In this document: piece by piece, positions 51,048 to 62,982 of the stretch
How positions within the stretch are numbered: the stretch's first letter is position 1
How the letters are laid out: every line of letters begins with the position of its first letter
Source: Basidiobolus meristosporus CBS 931.73
Lineage: Eukaryota; Fungi; Basidiobolomycota
Assembly: GCA_002104905.1 (NCBI GenBank)
Contig: MCFE01000129.1
Location: 62,001 to 126,000, forward strand
DNA: 64,000 nt
Direction: 5' to 3'
Made by a program: the position numbers and the translations under genes
The notes under the pieces: model-generated
Told to the model about the DNA's origin: nothing
Seen by the model: the letters and a program-made list of their open reading frames with translations, nothing else
Database searches by the model: none

Positions 51048-53815
51048 ATGCCATATCGCCGTAGCCTCGTACAAGAACACGACACTTTCAGCTCCAGACA
51101 CGACGCGTACCACATATCACCGAAGCCTCATTGCCATTCATCTATGAGCCCCTCTATTCAGATCATGACAGGCGACTCGAACACTTCCACCAGGGCCTCC
51201 AAAGCCGTATCCAACCGGACGTTTGTCGATTCCAGCGCGCTGCCCGAGCCCAAGTTGCCGGTGATAGTCGAGCGCCAGCCCCAACAGAGACGCCTGGTTG
51301 GCAGCTATCAGCTGACCAAGACGTTAGGCGCTGGTAGTATGGGTAAAGTCAAACTCGGCATCCACCAAACCACCAACGAGAAGGTAATGATTTGTGTTTT
51401 TCAAGCACAACTATCTCCCTGAAAGGCTAACCATTGCATTAAGGTTGCGGTGAAAATCATCCACAAACGGAGTAGCCGCGACCCCAATCGGCACGCTGGC
51501 ACCACCGAAACCGAGGAAAACAAAGAGGCCCGGGTTATCCGGGAGGCGGCAATCCTATCGCTCCTCAACCACCCGCATATCGCCAAGCTGAAGGACATGA
51601 CTGTACATAGAAACCATTACTATCTATTCCTCGAATATGTTAGCGGCGGCCAGCTTCTGGATTACATTATTAGCCATGGAAGACTCCGGGAAAAGCATGC
51701 CCGGGTATTTGCCCGTCAACTTTGCTCAGCACTAGGTATGTCATTGAACACGTACGTGGGACATGCTTCTAAAGGATAGAGTCACTCATTTCTCTGTGTT
51801 ACTACCTGATCCATGCAGATTACTGTCACCGGAATTCAATCGTCCATAGAGGTAAGTTCACTCGAACTTTGATCCTTGCCGGATGGAGACTAATTATTAT
51901 CACCGGCACCTAGATCTCAAGATCGAGAATATCTTGATCTCTGCTGAAGGGTCCATCAAGCTGATTGATTTTGGCCTGTCGAACCTGTATTCCCCGAAGT
52001 CTCACCTTTCAACGTTCTGTGGTTCATTGTACTTCGCTGCACCAGAGCTACTGCACGCTCGGGCATATACTGGGCCTGAGGTAGACGTCTGGAGTTTGGG
52101 GATTGTCATCTACGTTCTACTATGCGGCAAGGTCCCTTTCGACGACAAGAGCATGCCTGGCCTGCACGCCAAGATCAAAAGAGGCCATGTCGAGTATCCG
52201 CCGTGGTTGAGCAATGGTAAGTGATGCTTGTCTGTCCATTTTACACATCACATGGCTTATTCACCCCGCCTGCATCACAGAATCGAAGCACCTACTTTCC
52301 CGTATGCTAGTCACTAATCCCCCGGAACGGGCGACTATGAACGAGGTTCTTGGGCATCCTTGGATGTTGAAAGGGTACGATCAGCCGCTCACCAACTACC
52401 TACCCGCTCGTCTCCCCCTTCATCTTCCTCTGGACCCAAATGTCGTCGAAAAGATGACCGGGTTTCAGTTCGGTGAGCCAGAGCAGATTACCAAGGAATT
52501 GGAGGCGATCATCCTATCTGATGCATACCAACAATATGCTCATTCGGCGGCATCCGAGGAGTTTTCTCACCCACTAGTCTCCATCTACCACCTGGTCAAG
52601 GAGAAACTTGAGCGAGATGGCGAAGAGCCAGGGTTCAGCTCGTCCACCGATTCGCTAGAGAGCCAATTCGCGGATGGAATGAAGTTCGACTGTCCCATCA
52701 CACCGACCCTGTCGTACGAAGAGGCCAACCTCAATAGGCTTTCCCAGGCGGAGCGCGCGGATCGAATGGCTGCCCGGGCCCATATCGCCGGAAGTGATGG
52801 TCAATGTGACGAGGTGGAGTATTCGTATGATTTCGAAGAGGGCTCCCCGAACCAGCACCAATCGGGCGAGAAGAATTCGAAAAAATCCAAGAAAGGAGTG
52901 TTTAGACGACTCAGCCAAGCCCTTAGGTCAGGCAAGAGCGGCCGCCGTCGATCCAAGCAGAACGCCTCTAACGAGGAACTGCCAGGGGGTGTGAAGGAAA
53001 CCTCACCGAAGCGACCTGGAATCGGCCGTAGCAAATCGGTCTTCACTCCAAGACGTAACATCTCTCCCCTTACTGAAGACCTTCAAAACGAGACAAAATC
53101 CGGTAGCAAGAAGAAAGAGCAGGCAGCGAAGCTATCGAGCATCATCTCGCGTACCAAAAGTCTCCGGGAGGCAGACCCTGAGACTAGCGCTGGGGATTGT
53201 AGTACCTCCAACGCCTCAAGGGGCAGGCCCGCATTCACACGTCTTGTTAGCTCGCCAACTCCCCAAACACTCGAAACCTTGGTTGAGCCAAGAGATGTAG
53301 CACCAGCGGCTTGCAAATCGAGCATTCCTACCAAAGAGCACGATAAGGCCGACTCTTACACCAAGCCTGTATTTCTTAAAGGGCTGTTCTCTGTCTCCAC
53401 AACCAGTACCAAAAAGCCGAAAGTTATTCGTCAAGATATCATCCATGCGCTAGATGAGCTACAGGTCCTGTGGAGAGAGGGTCGAGGCTATTTCGAATGT
53501 CTGAAAACCTACCCATCACCTGCCGATCCTGAGCAACAGTCACCTACGCCCACCGAGGACCCTGCTCTCAGCACCGCCCATACCGACAGCTCCAACGAAG
53601 AAATACCAAACAGCCCCACGGGTAGCGGAGTTAATGACAGCGAGGATGAGTTCGATGAGGTTGCCAACCGTGGAAACACAGTTCGATTCCAGATCCAGAT
53701 TGTCAAGATTCCCTGGCTTCTGGGCCTTCATGGCTTACAGTTTCGTAGGCTTGCGGGACACCCTTGGGAATATCGCGAAATATGCTCCAAAGTTTTGGGA
53801 AATCTCAACCTGTAA
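51048..53815 (+). CDS. KIN1: Kin1/Kin2 (MARK/Par-1 family) Ser/Thr kinase with KA1 domain. Exons 51048-51383, 51444-51735, 51819-51851, 51914-52216, 52281-53815
   Basis: [26 protein letters not shown] (joined across an intron), [25 protein letters not shown]-terminal [17 protein letters not shown]...[25 protein letters not shown]. Four GT-AG introns restore the frame. Confidence 0.95.
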
Positions 53816-54183
53816 ATGTGTAATCAAATCTCCGATCCAACCTCAGAACGCTGCCCTCAATACAGTAAATTCTAATCTTGGGGGTGGGGTGGAATGCAGC
53901 AGCCATTTGCCGGGATTGGCTCCTGCTCTCCCTCCGCCCGCTTTCTCAACTGGAATGATTGATATATCCCTTTCCCAAATCGGACTACCCCATTTCTCTC
54001 TCTTACCAAGTGTTTGTATATTGTCGAGGTGTTTTGTAAAATCCGCTCACTTAATCATTAATATCAATAACACATATCCACTAGTTATTATGTAACATAA
54101 GCCTCCTCATGCACTACGTTGATAATAAAGATATCATGTTCTGGCTACTCGAGAATCCTCAGTTACCTTGCAGTACAGTAGGT

Positions 54184-54222
54184 GGGTATGGATATGGATA
54201 TGGATATGGATACGGATACGGA
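54184..54222 (+). repeat. (GGATAY)n hexamer microsatellite
   Basis: GGGTAT GGATAT GGATAT GGATAT GGATAC GGATAC GGA. Confidence 0.9.
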
Positions 54223-55216
54223 TCACTCCTGAGGAGTGATTGTTCATATGATGTCGCACTCGAAACAGGTCAAGCAGCATATGCTCAAGCAAATGAAATG
54301 CCTGCAAGTCGAACATCCTGATACGCAAGTTGGAGTGAAACGACTCCTCGTCTCATCACATGAAACTTTCGCCAACTACGATATGTGTGATACTTAGCGG
54401 CATGATTGGCGGACACTGGGAATCTCCTTGCGCACTATCAGGGCTTTGTGCTCTGACTTTGGGGACATCCGAATCGTAGGTGTGCAAAATTGGTCAAGGG
54501 GCGAGTCCGAGGGGTGGCGCAAGCAGTGGATTGCTCTTATCAGCAACTGAGAGATAACAAGGGAGCTAGAAACCAACACTTGGTGTTCTGGCTCCTCCGT
54601 GATCAGATCTTCATGATGGCCAGCAGTATCAGCAGATACAGGTATCGCCAACGAACAACCAATTGCGTTCGAAAAAGCCATTTTCCTTACATGGCAGTGA
54701 GGCTCAGGTGGGAGGATGCAATGGCCATTCCGGCATTGTGGTGGTCGCCGAGAACGGCATCGTTTTCTCAATTTGCAATGGCCTGGTCATGATTGGACTC
54801 CGGCGGTGAGCTCTTGAATTTAACAGATTCGAATCAAATGCATGGCTCGGCTGGTCGTATACTCAAGGTTGGACAATCAACCACATCAGCTCACTGTGGA
54901 TATCATCGCCATTAGGGACATCCATGTGAAACATGTTGTCAGTATTATCTTGTGGTACGTCGCATTAGCTGAGATGGTTTTGGAAGTATTTTCTCGACCC
55001 TCAGCAGCCTATTTCGTGGTAAAAGACTCAGCACCGAGATGAAGTTTACCGTTTATACCCATCGGCGGCATTGTGAATCATTCTATATTCGTTCAATCAT
55101 TGGCCACGAGTGACGAGGGCTATGGGAGATCACGTGAAATCGGTTGAACGAATGTAACCACGCTTTTCGCCCATTTCCGCACTTTGCAACATTCCATAAC
55201 TCTTTAATGAGAAACC

Positions 55217-55813
55217 ATGAGGTCGCATGTATACTTACTGTTTCTGTCACTTCTAAGCTTTATCATTGCCTCCCCAATACCCGACCAATATCCATTTTCT
55301 AACGAGCCGTTAGTAGCCCAAAACCACGTCGGCTATGTGGAGGTGATCCAGGATGGCAAACCTACCTTGGGGGATATCATCCCCACTGATAAATCTTTGA
55401 GTACCTTTTTAGACGCATTGATGAGGTTTCCCGACTTGGTAAACGTGAGCTAAGATTTATTAACGCTTATTCCAAGTAACTCATAAGGGTTTTCGAAATA
55501 GGCCAATGCTGTGTTCGATGTCGAGAATGAGCTCACCATTGTAGCCCCTGTCAATGCGGCATTTCAGAAGTACAATATCGTAGAGCACTTTGACGAGCTT
55601 CACGACATTGTTGCCTCTCACATCATCACCAGAAAGGTGAACAAATCTTCTTTGAAGGAAGGTCTTGAGTTCCCGACGCTCAATAGTAACCAACCTGTCA
55701 GGGTTGGCCGCTCGAACGGAGGGTTGGTATTGAATAACAAAGCCCGCTTTCTGGAAGGGGGGAAGGAGGCCAGCAACGGTAACCTGTACCGGATTGACAC
55801 CGTTTTCCCTTAA
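55217..55813 (+). CDS. Secreted fasciclin (FAS1) domain protein; one intron (55439 or 55445 to 55501)
   Basis: Signal peptide MRSHVYLLFLSLLSFIIASP. FAS1 H1 motif LTIVAPVNAAF and H2 motif SNGNLYRIDTV. Confidence 0.9.
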
Positions 55814-57020
55814 AGCTCCACCCACAATTACTACCTGAATTGGTTAATTATGCGTGGAGCTGTTTATTGATTATCGTATTATAAACATGGAAATACTTGC
55901 GTATCAGTGTACAATTTGCTTTATTAAATATCAACCATTTGGCTGGATAAGGGGTTGGTACCTCACCCAGTATACTTAGTATGCTGCATGCCAACGCGTT
56001 CTCAACCATGGCTGATCAGCGAATGGGATGGGGACGTAGTCTCTGGTGAAGTCTGTGGGCATTGTAGAATTGTAAGGGATGGTAATGACGAGTCTCTGTT
56101 CCCATCCAGGAATATAGGGGTGTGTTCGTGGAATTGGTTAATGTGCCGCTTAAAAGCGTACTTATTGTATTGGTATTATTTCCCAACCGATCGATGGCAT
56201 GTATGACAATGAACGACCTACATGTAGATGCTGCGTACACCATGGACTAACGGTGTTGTCTGGTTGAATGTGCCGTTCCTCAGAGAAAGCGGTCTTGTGG
56301 GACTGAGGTTAATAAAGAGGTACAAGAGCAATTCACCTGTGCTGTGGGAATGCATGGCCATTTCACGACAAAACCAACGGCCAGTCCAGTGGCACTATAC
56401 TGAGTGTAACGACGTCATGATACCAACACCTCACTCCATATTCATATCGACCACCTCTTCAACCAGCATCCATCATGTCGGCGGTTTCAGTTCAATTATC
56501 GCGTTGTGCCCCACACCCTGCATCATTGCTTCTTGTTTCTCTTTAGCATAAAGACGAATCCAATTGTCCGCCAGCTTATGTGCCCTCTGAGAGCGACAAT
56601 GTATGTGCGTTGCGCAGCACAGCTAATTTGGTCCTGAGTTTTGCTATATATCATATGCTAAGCTGTTACGCTTCCTTAAGGGGTGTCCATACCATCGGTT
56701 ATCAAATGGGGGCTGGCTTGGTCCTGAGACAATCCCATCTCTTCCGGATAGGCGTCAGATAAATTTATCTCGATTCTATCTTTAACTTCACGAATGGTAT
56801 GATTTATGCGGCCCAAAGAGCTTCATGATCTGCACGCCTGCTTCTAATATAAAATCCCTCTGCCAGGGTCATGACGACTATTGATGTAGACCGAACCTAT
56901 TCTTTACTCTCGCTCTTAGGATCAATTTTACATATACACCTTTTCCTGGGTATCAGGAAGTCTCAGTATTTCTTTCCCGTCTCCTTCCCAATACATAGAA
57001 TCCCTTGCATCTGCTTAACC

Positions 57021-57845
57021 ATGAACCTTTGGTATGGTCAGTTCCTCCTCACGGTCCTGATGCTGGGCCTTTCTCTGGTCTACGGGTACGATATCGGTGA
57101 CCCATGTACACCAATCATCTTTAGCTCTCCCAATACGATAGGTTCTTGCCGAAATCATACACTTGCCTGTGACCCAGATTTACAGCTTTGTGTGCTAAGG
57201 GGATGCCGTAACGAGGAGTTTTCAGCCAACTGGCCTCAGAATTGGCAGCTTCCTCCACTCTGTAATAAGGATACAGAGTTTTGCCCGGACTCACAGCTGA
57301 AGTGTCTACCCAAAATCAAGACTGGCGAGATTTGTTCTCCCGGAAGAGATGACGCTTGCGATACAATCCAAGGTATCTGTCTAAATCAACGCTGCAACGT
57401 CAAGAACGCCACCCTGAATCAACCCTGTGTTCTGGACAGCCTGACACTCTATAATATGAATCGGGATAATTGCATCACAGGCACCTTCTGTAACAACGGG
57501 TCCAATACGTGTGTAAGCACATTCGCCAAAGGCCAAAGCTGCAACGAAGACAGGCAATGTGGTACCGGCGTGTGTAGAGGTGGTGCCTGTATTGAGGAAT
57601 CCGAGTACAACAAACTACCATTTTGGATCTACATTATCATAGGGTGTGGAGCGTTGATCATCATCGTATCCTGTTTACTCTTCATCTATCTTCGCAGGCG
57701 GAAACGCATGCTGCGCTACAAGAAAAGGCTCTCGCAACGTGAGAGTGTGCTGCGCGAGATGGTGTTGAATCAACCTATAGAAAGTGCAACCCCATCCCCC
57801 AGAATCTCTCAAATTCCACCTCAACTACCACCACCTGAATTTTAA
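57021..57845 (+). CDS. Cys-rich type-I membrane protein (~274 aa)
   Basis: Signal peptide MNLWYGQFLLTVLMLGLSLVYG, 20-Cys ectodomain, TM FWIYIIIGCGALIIIVSCLLFIYL followed by RRRKR, Pro-rich tail. Start reassigned from 56871 to 57021. Confidence 0.88.
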   Translation: MNLWYGQFLLTVLMLGLSLVYGYDIGDPCTPIIFSSPNTIGSCRNHTLACDPDLQLCVLRGCRNEEFSANWPQNWQLPPLCNKDTEFCPDSQLKCLPKIKTGEICSPGRDDACDTIQGICLNQRCNVKNATLNQPCVLDSLTLYNMNRDNCITGTFCNNGSNTCVSTFAKGQSCNEDRQCGTGVCRGGACIEESEYNKLPFWIYIIIGCGALIIIVSCLLFIYLRRRKRMLRYKKRLSQRESVLREMVLNQPIESATPSPRISQIPPQLPPPEF

Positions 57846-58393
57846 TCCCCTTGACTCATCCGTCTTGGCATAGCATTAAATATGACATTTTCATGAACAC
57901 TTCTGAATTCTACCATTGTCTTTCATCTTTGCCGTTGCACTCCAGCTAGGCTGGCAACTGGTTACTTGGATGCATTTTCTAATCTATGGGAGGGTCACGG
58001 CACCCAAGGATTACAGTGGCTTGGGCCCCACTCACTAATACACCGAGTGCGCACAGATGTGACATCCCATGCCTGGGTCTTGCTCTTTACTGAGGTTTAT
58101 TTCAAATATTATCTTTTTAACGAAGCCATAGCACTTACATCGTTTATCTTATATCCACGAATAATAGAACTGTATAGTCAGAGGATAAGAAATATGTTAC
58201 AACAAATGGAAAATTTATAGATTCGAGGTCGAGGCAGAGCGCCAGACAACCAGGACACCGCGGGGGCGGACAGTTAGAAAGTTTACGATGGTCCTCTTGT
58301 ATTCATGTTGGTATGAGTGCGTGCTGAATGGATGAAGGACATCCTCATGGACTGCTTGCTGGGTCATATACCTGGGAGATCCTCACGTGCATC

Positions 58394-59752
58394 TTAATTA
58401 TCGAGTTGGATAAAGTACAAGGTCACACGATCGAAGCCGTGGGCCAGGGCACTGTTCAGCTCTTTTTCGCCAGTCACCAAAAACGCTTTCGAGTCGCTCA
58501 ATCTATAAATCAACGTTCTGCTCTCTAAGTTCTGGAACTGCTTACCACAAGTCCGAAGCTTCAGCAGAATCCGGCAATACAAATCCTCGAAGCTGATCGT
58601 ACGATGGATGCGCAGGATAACAATGGTGTCTTCGTCCAAAACCACTTTCACCTTGAGGAAGGTGATTGGCTCTACTTCTCTTCGGGCTGCGGCTGAGAGT
58701 GAGTTGGTCGACGTAGATTTGCGAAGGGTACGCGTCGACCTGCAGCTGTCCATGCGCGAGATGGTTCCTGCCCTGCGAAGGGTGTTCGATCTGGAAAGAT
58801 TGACAGGTGAGCCGCTCACGGTGTTGGAGCCCGAGTAAGGGGAGCTTGGTGCTGGGAGAGAGGGCAGTAAATCGCGCACCTTTTGTGGCTCAATATAGTG
58901 CAAATTCCAAGGGGCAACAATAGCTGGCCGATTTTCCAATTCCACTGGATCCATATCACCTCGCTTGACGCGATTCCAGGGCGCCTCACTCCCTTTCCGG
59001 GTTAGCATTGCGCTCTTGGAGCGGCGTAGATTCGGTCGGCTGGATGGCATTAAGTTTGGCGAATTCAGCGTTCCACTTCTAGTTAATGGTTTGTATTTCT
59101 GCATCAGGCTTGGATGTTGGAACGAAGTCTTCTTACGTAACAATGGCTGTTGAGTCGGCTTCGGCGAGGCTTGGATCTTGACTGTAGGGGATTTTGGACT
59201 GGCTGGCATGCTCTGCTCCTTAGGGACCAGCTCCAGATCTGCCTTCTCGTCCAGGTCCACCGCAGAGTCCGCCCTATTGTAGTCATCGTCTCCGTAGAAA
59301 TCTGGATATTCCGAGCCTAGATGTTCCCGCACATACTCGACATCACTTTTCCACACGCCAAAGAACTCCAAGACTGCTGAAGAAGCAGCAACATAAATAG
59401 GGTATTGAAACAAACTCTTAATGTAAGCGTTCAGCTTTCCACGAATCTTGGCTCCTGACGGAACCAATAGTAAGAAAGTCCTCTGCGGCAACTGCAGCTC
59501 TGGGATATCGATCTGTTGACTCGCGAATATCTCATGCAATTTAGTGGAGAGCTGAACAAAATGCTCCTGGGTTCTATAGATTGAGTACGGTTTTTTGGCG
59601 TCTCCTTCACGGTTGAAGTCAGCGGGGATTACGGTCACGGTGAACCAGCGCTTCTTATCCGGGCGCTTATCAAACGTACCCACATTTGCTGCTGAAATAA
59701 GAGGAGCCAGTTTGACCACACCGGTGTCAATTTTGGTAACAAGTGTAGACAT
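58394..59752 (-). CDS. PX-domain + PB1-domain protein (Bem1/p40phox-like architecture without SH3), ~452 aa
   Basis: PX-like N-terminus ..YSIYRTQEHFVQLSTKL..PEL..KLNAYIKSL..VLEFFG. PB1-like C-terminus LKVKVVLDEDTIVILRIHRTISFEDL..LIYR..EL..AL. Start placed at MSTLV. Confidence 0.8.
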   Translation of the reverse strand: MSTLVTKIDTGVVKLAPLISAANVGTFDKRPDKKRWFTVTVIPADFNREGDAKKPYSIYRTQEHFVQLSTKLHEIFASQQIDIPELQLPQRTFLLLVPSGAKIRGKLNAYIKSLFQYPIYVAASSAVLEFFGVWKSDVEYVREHLGSEYPDFYGDDDYNRADSAVDLDEKADLELVPKEQSMPASPKSPTVKIQASPKPTQQPLLRKKTSFQHPSLMQKYKPLTRSGTLNSPNLMPSSRPNLRRSKSAMLTRKGSEAPWNRVKRGDMDPVELENRPAIVAPWNLHYIEPQKVRDLLPSLPAPSSPYSGSNTVSGSPVNLSRSNTLRRAGTISRMDSCRSTRTLRKSTSTNSLSAAARREVEPITFLKVKVVLDEDTIVILRIHRTISFEDLYCRILLKLRTCGKQFQNLESRTLIYRLSDSKAFLVTGEKELNSALAHGFDRVTLYFIQLDN

Positions 59753-61284
59753 TGAACAGAACCAGCTGTATTGGGGAAAAGTTAGCAAGAAGAATCGTCT
59801 TTTGAGAAGTCGGCAATCTCTAGGACGATTGGAGAGATAAAAATATGAATAAAAGGATTGAGGGAGCCCTATGAAGTCTCGAGTTATATGTCTATCGGGG
59901 ACAGCATTGAACATAACATCTTTATAGGTGCAGCACTCCGATGGCCTAAATGGAAAAACAACAATCACTTCTGCATATTTTTGCCTTTCACTCCATTCTG
60001 TTCAGGTTGCATTTACATTGGTATCTACACCGTCGTCTATTGTACCCTATGGTTTGCATATACCCTGGATGCAGCTTATGCACATAGCGAGAACTACTGC
60101 TGGCAAGGTTTCATGAGACATGTTGCTGAAAGTACTGTTTCAGGCCGAGAAAACACACCAGCCCGTAGGAGCATGTGAAGATTCCTCCATGGGTGCTGAA
60201 AGCCCCGGAGACGGGCGCACCACTTTTTACGAAAAATCGAGACTGAGGCAACACACTATGGCTCTTGCCATGCCTGGGTCAGGGGTCGAACTGGCTGATG
60301 GGCCCGAGGTTGCAAGTCCCGTTCATTCAGTTGCCGCCAAGCACACTATATTTGTCCGCAAGTGTAGTATGCATCTCGTCTTGTGATCATTGGTGGAAAA
60401 CTCGTGCATTGGGAAGGGAGCATGCCGCAAGAGGAAGACACTAGGAGTCAGATTGGTTCCATAAATTCCCCATATGGAGCCGAGCTGAATAAACATATCG
60501 GCTATGCACAGCCGTGTTGAGGAGGAATTGGTGATCAGGAACTTGCTTGCACTCTGTGTTCTCTAGGATACCACGGAAAACCCTAATCGAATGCACATAT
60601 ATTCAACAAGGAGGCTTGTAGTTTACACCCAGACTCGAGGCAGCCGTCGCTCACCTTATTTTCTCCATTGGCCGGCCAACACCTGCCACCCTCCGATATG
60701 TCTCGAGGGGTTTTGCCGAGCTTGATTCCAGCCTTGGAAAGTACACCAGTTCTCATAGCAAAGCCAATAAAACGACACTAATATGCTACACAGGAGCTTG
60801 TCAATCAGGAATACTGCGAAGATTCGCAGTCATCGGATTGTCACCCATTGGCCGGTTGAGTAGCGACTATCTACAAATATTGTCTCCCAGCGCAGGGTAT
60901 TCCGGATTTCTTGTGTGGCTTCGATCACTAGCATTGATGCTATTGCTGCAAATTGGGCTGAAATACGGCGAAATATCGAATTACTCTGATATCCAATCCG
61001 AGCTCCATCCCTCTTGTGGATGCTCCTGAGAAATGTAGTTGTCAACCCTGATTGAGAGTAGATGGCCCATGACGTCAGTATAGTCGAATCAAATTTGACT
61101 GTGCTCAGTGCCAGTTAAGTTACTTCCATTTCTGGCCTAATCTTTCCAGGCTCCAACCAATTATCGTTGCGGTTTGCCCATTCTAACTTCCATCACTATA
61201 TATTGGTTTGGCTCATTTATTCTGACGCCTTCCTGTAGATACCTTGGACCCATATATAACAAAAATAAACTTCATCCACAAACC

Positions 61285-62389
61285 ATGAAGATATCCGCCC
61301 CTAACCTCTCGCTATTCTTAGCTTTTACTACTACAGCTGTGGCATTTAGTTGCGCAAAGTTATCACAGCCCTCAGGAAGGTGCCAGGATATAGTTACATA
61401 TTATACGAATGTTACCGATGTAGCTGCCGCGGACGAGCAAGTAAAAGGTATGTTTCCAGTAGATCATCGTTTCCAACTCCATTCATTAATATGTTCTGTG
61501 CAGTTCTACTAGACAAAATCAGTAGAGAGGGTGTAGAAGGGGCAGGCGCAGATTGTTTCCTGGCTCTACACAGGGCTGCTTGCTACACCACTTTCAGAAA
61601 GTGTGACCCAGACACCAACACAATCTTACCCGTGTGTATGACAATCAGGAATAACGCCTTAAATACCTGCGAAACTTCCGGCTCCTTCACAGATTCCAAC
61701 ATTATCGAGGAAAATTTTGAGCCTTCCCTATTTCAACAATTTGCTGGCAAGTGCTACCCCGACTATAGTGACGAAGCGCCCATTGTTGAAGGGAAAATTA
61801 CCGATCTACCAATTGGCCATGAACTCGATAATATCCAACCCAATCCATCAGATAATCAGTCTTCTGGTGACGGCAACACTCGTCCAAACCCTTCGGAAAC
61901 CCAAAGCGACCACACGGATCCCTCTAAGCCTAGTTTTCCAGGAGAAGGCGTAACTGACGCAGATGCTAATGGAACAAACAGCCAGAGTCGGCCTGTTGGT
62001 GTAGAGAATGCACGCGGGCCGGCTCAAGATTTGGCTTATTCATTTTCATCCTCTATTCTAGCAACATTTGTTGCGCTGTGTGGAGTTGGGGTGATATGTA
62101 GTATTCCTGCCGGACTGATATACTGGAGAAGGAGAAACGGGCATTCAAGTGGTGGATTCTGGGACCTCAATTCAGAATACAAGCGAATTAACGTAGACAA
62201 TGCCTCTTTGGATTCTCGTTTGGAGGCTAATAACGAACCAACAGAGCCCCATGTGGAGATGGAGCACTTTTTCATCGAGGTAAATAGCGCACGCATACAA
62301 ATGACCTGTCAAGCACTAATACTGAGCAAATATTGACATCATAGGATGAAGAGTTTGGCGAGTTTAGTGGTGAACAGGATGTCGAATAA
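61285..62389 (+). CDS. Type-I membrane protein with Frizzled-like cysteine-rich domain. Exons 61285-61447, 61513-62279, 62345-62389
   Basis: Signal peptide; Cys spacing C-x8-C-x6-C-x10-C-x10-C; S/T/P/D-rich stalk; TM ILATFVALCGVGVICSIPAGLIYW followed by RRR; two 65-nt GT-AG introns give an open frame. Confidence 0.82.
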
Positions 62390-62982
62390 CCGACAACTAG
62401 CACCTAACGAGGAACTCCTTATATTTTACTTGTTGCTTCATCTTTATGTTAATATTACATCCTGGCTCCAAGGCCAACATATTTTTGTTCATATATATAA
62501 ATCGGAATCAACGGATAATGCAATATATACATAGCTAGTGTCCAGTCATCGAACTCTGATATTCCATTAGATACTTCGTGTGTCTGGGTGTAACCAATAC
62601 ATGAGTATGTTGAGGACTACGGAATAGACAAACACCAGAGCCCACGCTAAGCACCCCTACTCTTACCACTTGGAGAATATACTCGAGTTTGGGTTTTGTG
62701 TCTTGCCATGAAACAGTCATGCATGTCGGATTATATAGAAGCATTCTGTTTGCAAGACATACCGATCATTGATCATCCATCCATACATCAAACAATCCTC
62801 CTAACAGAGTCCCATCTGAGAAAGTACTTTCGCACACGATAAATACGAACAAGAAGGCTCTTGGCTACTGGAAAAAACTAACCTCCCCCATACTTCTGTC
62901 CCAGCCACCACTTAACCCGGATTGCGCACAATCAATAAAACATCTGTAGATAACTTGCTATTCCCTTGGCCAAGCCGCACCT

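Noticed and set aside
54109-54321. Small ORF with GYGYGY repeat
   Set aside because: It is explained by a hexamer microsatellite. There is no signal peptide or other coding evidence.
56871-57020. N-terminal 50 aa of the ORF-track call 56871-57845
   Set aside because: A clear signal peptide begins at the ATG at 57021, so the upstream part is probably UTR.
59753-59968. N-terminal extension of ORF 58394-59968
   Set aside because: The sequence is pyrimidine-rich and UTR-like on the coding strand. The PX domain starts shortly after the Met at 59752. Not fully excluded.
61350-61512. ORF-track start MRKVITALRK... and ORF 61174-61512
   Set aside because: Both are read-throughs of the 61448-61512 intron. 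The spliced model from ATG 61285 gives a signal peptide and a continuous CRD.
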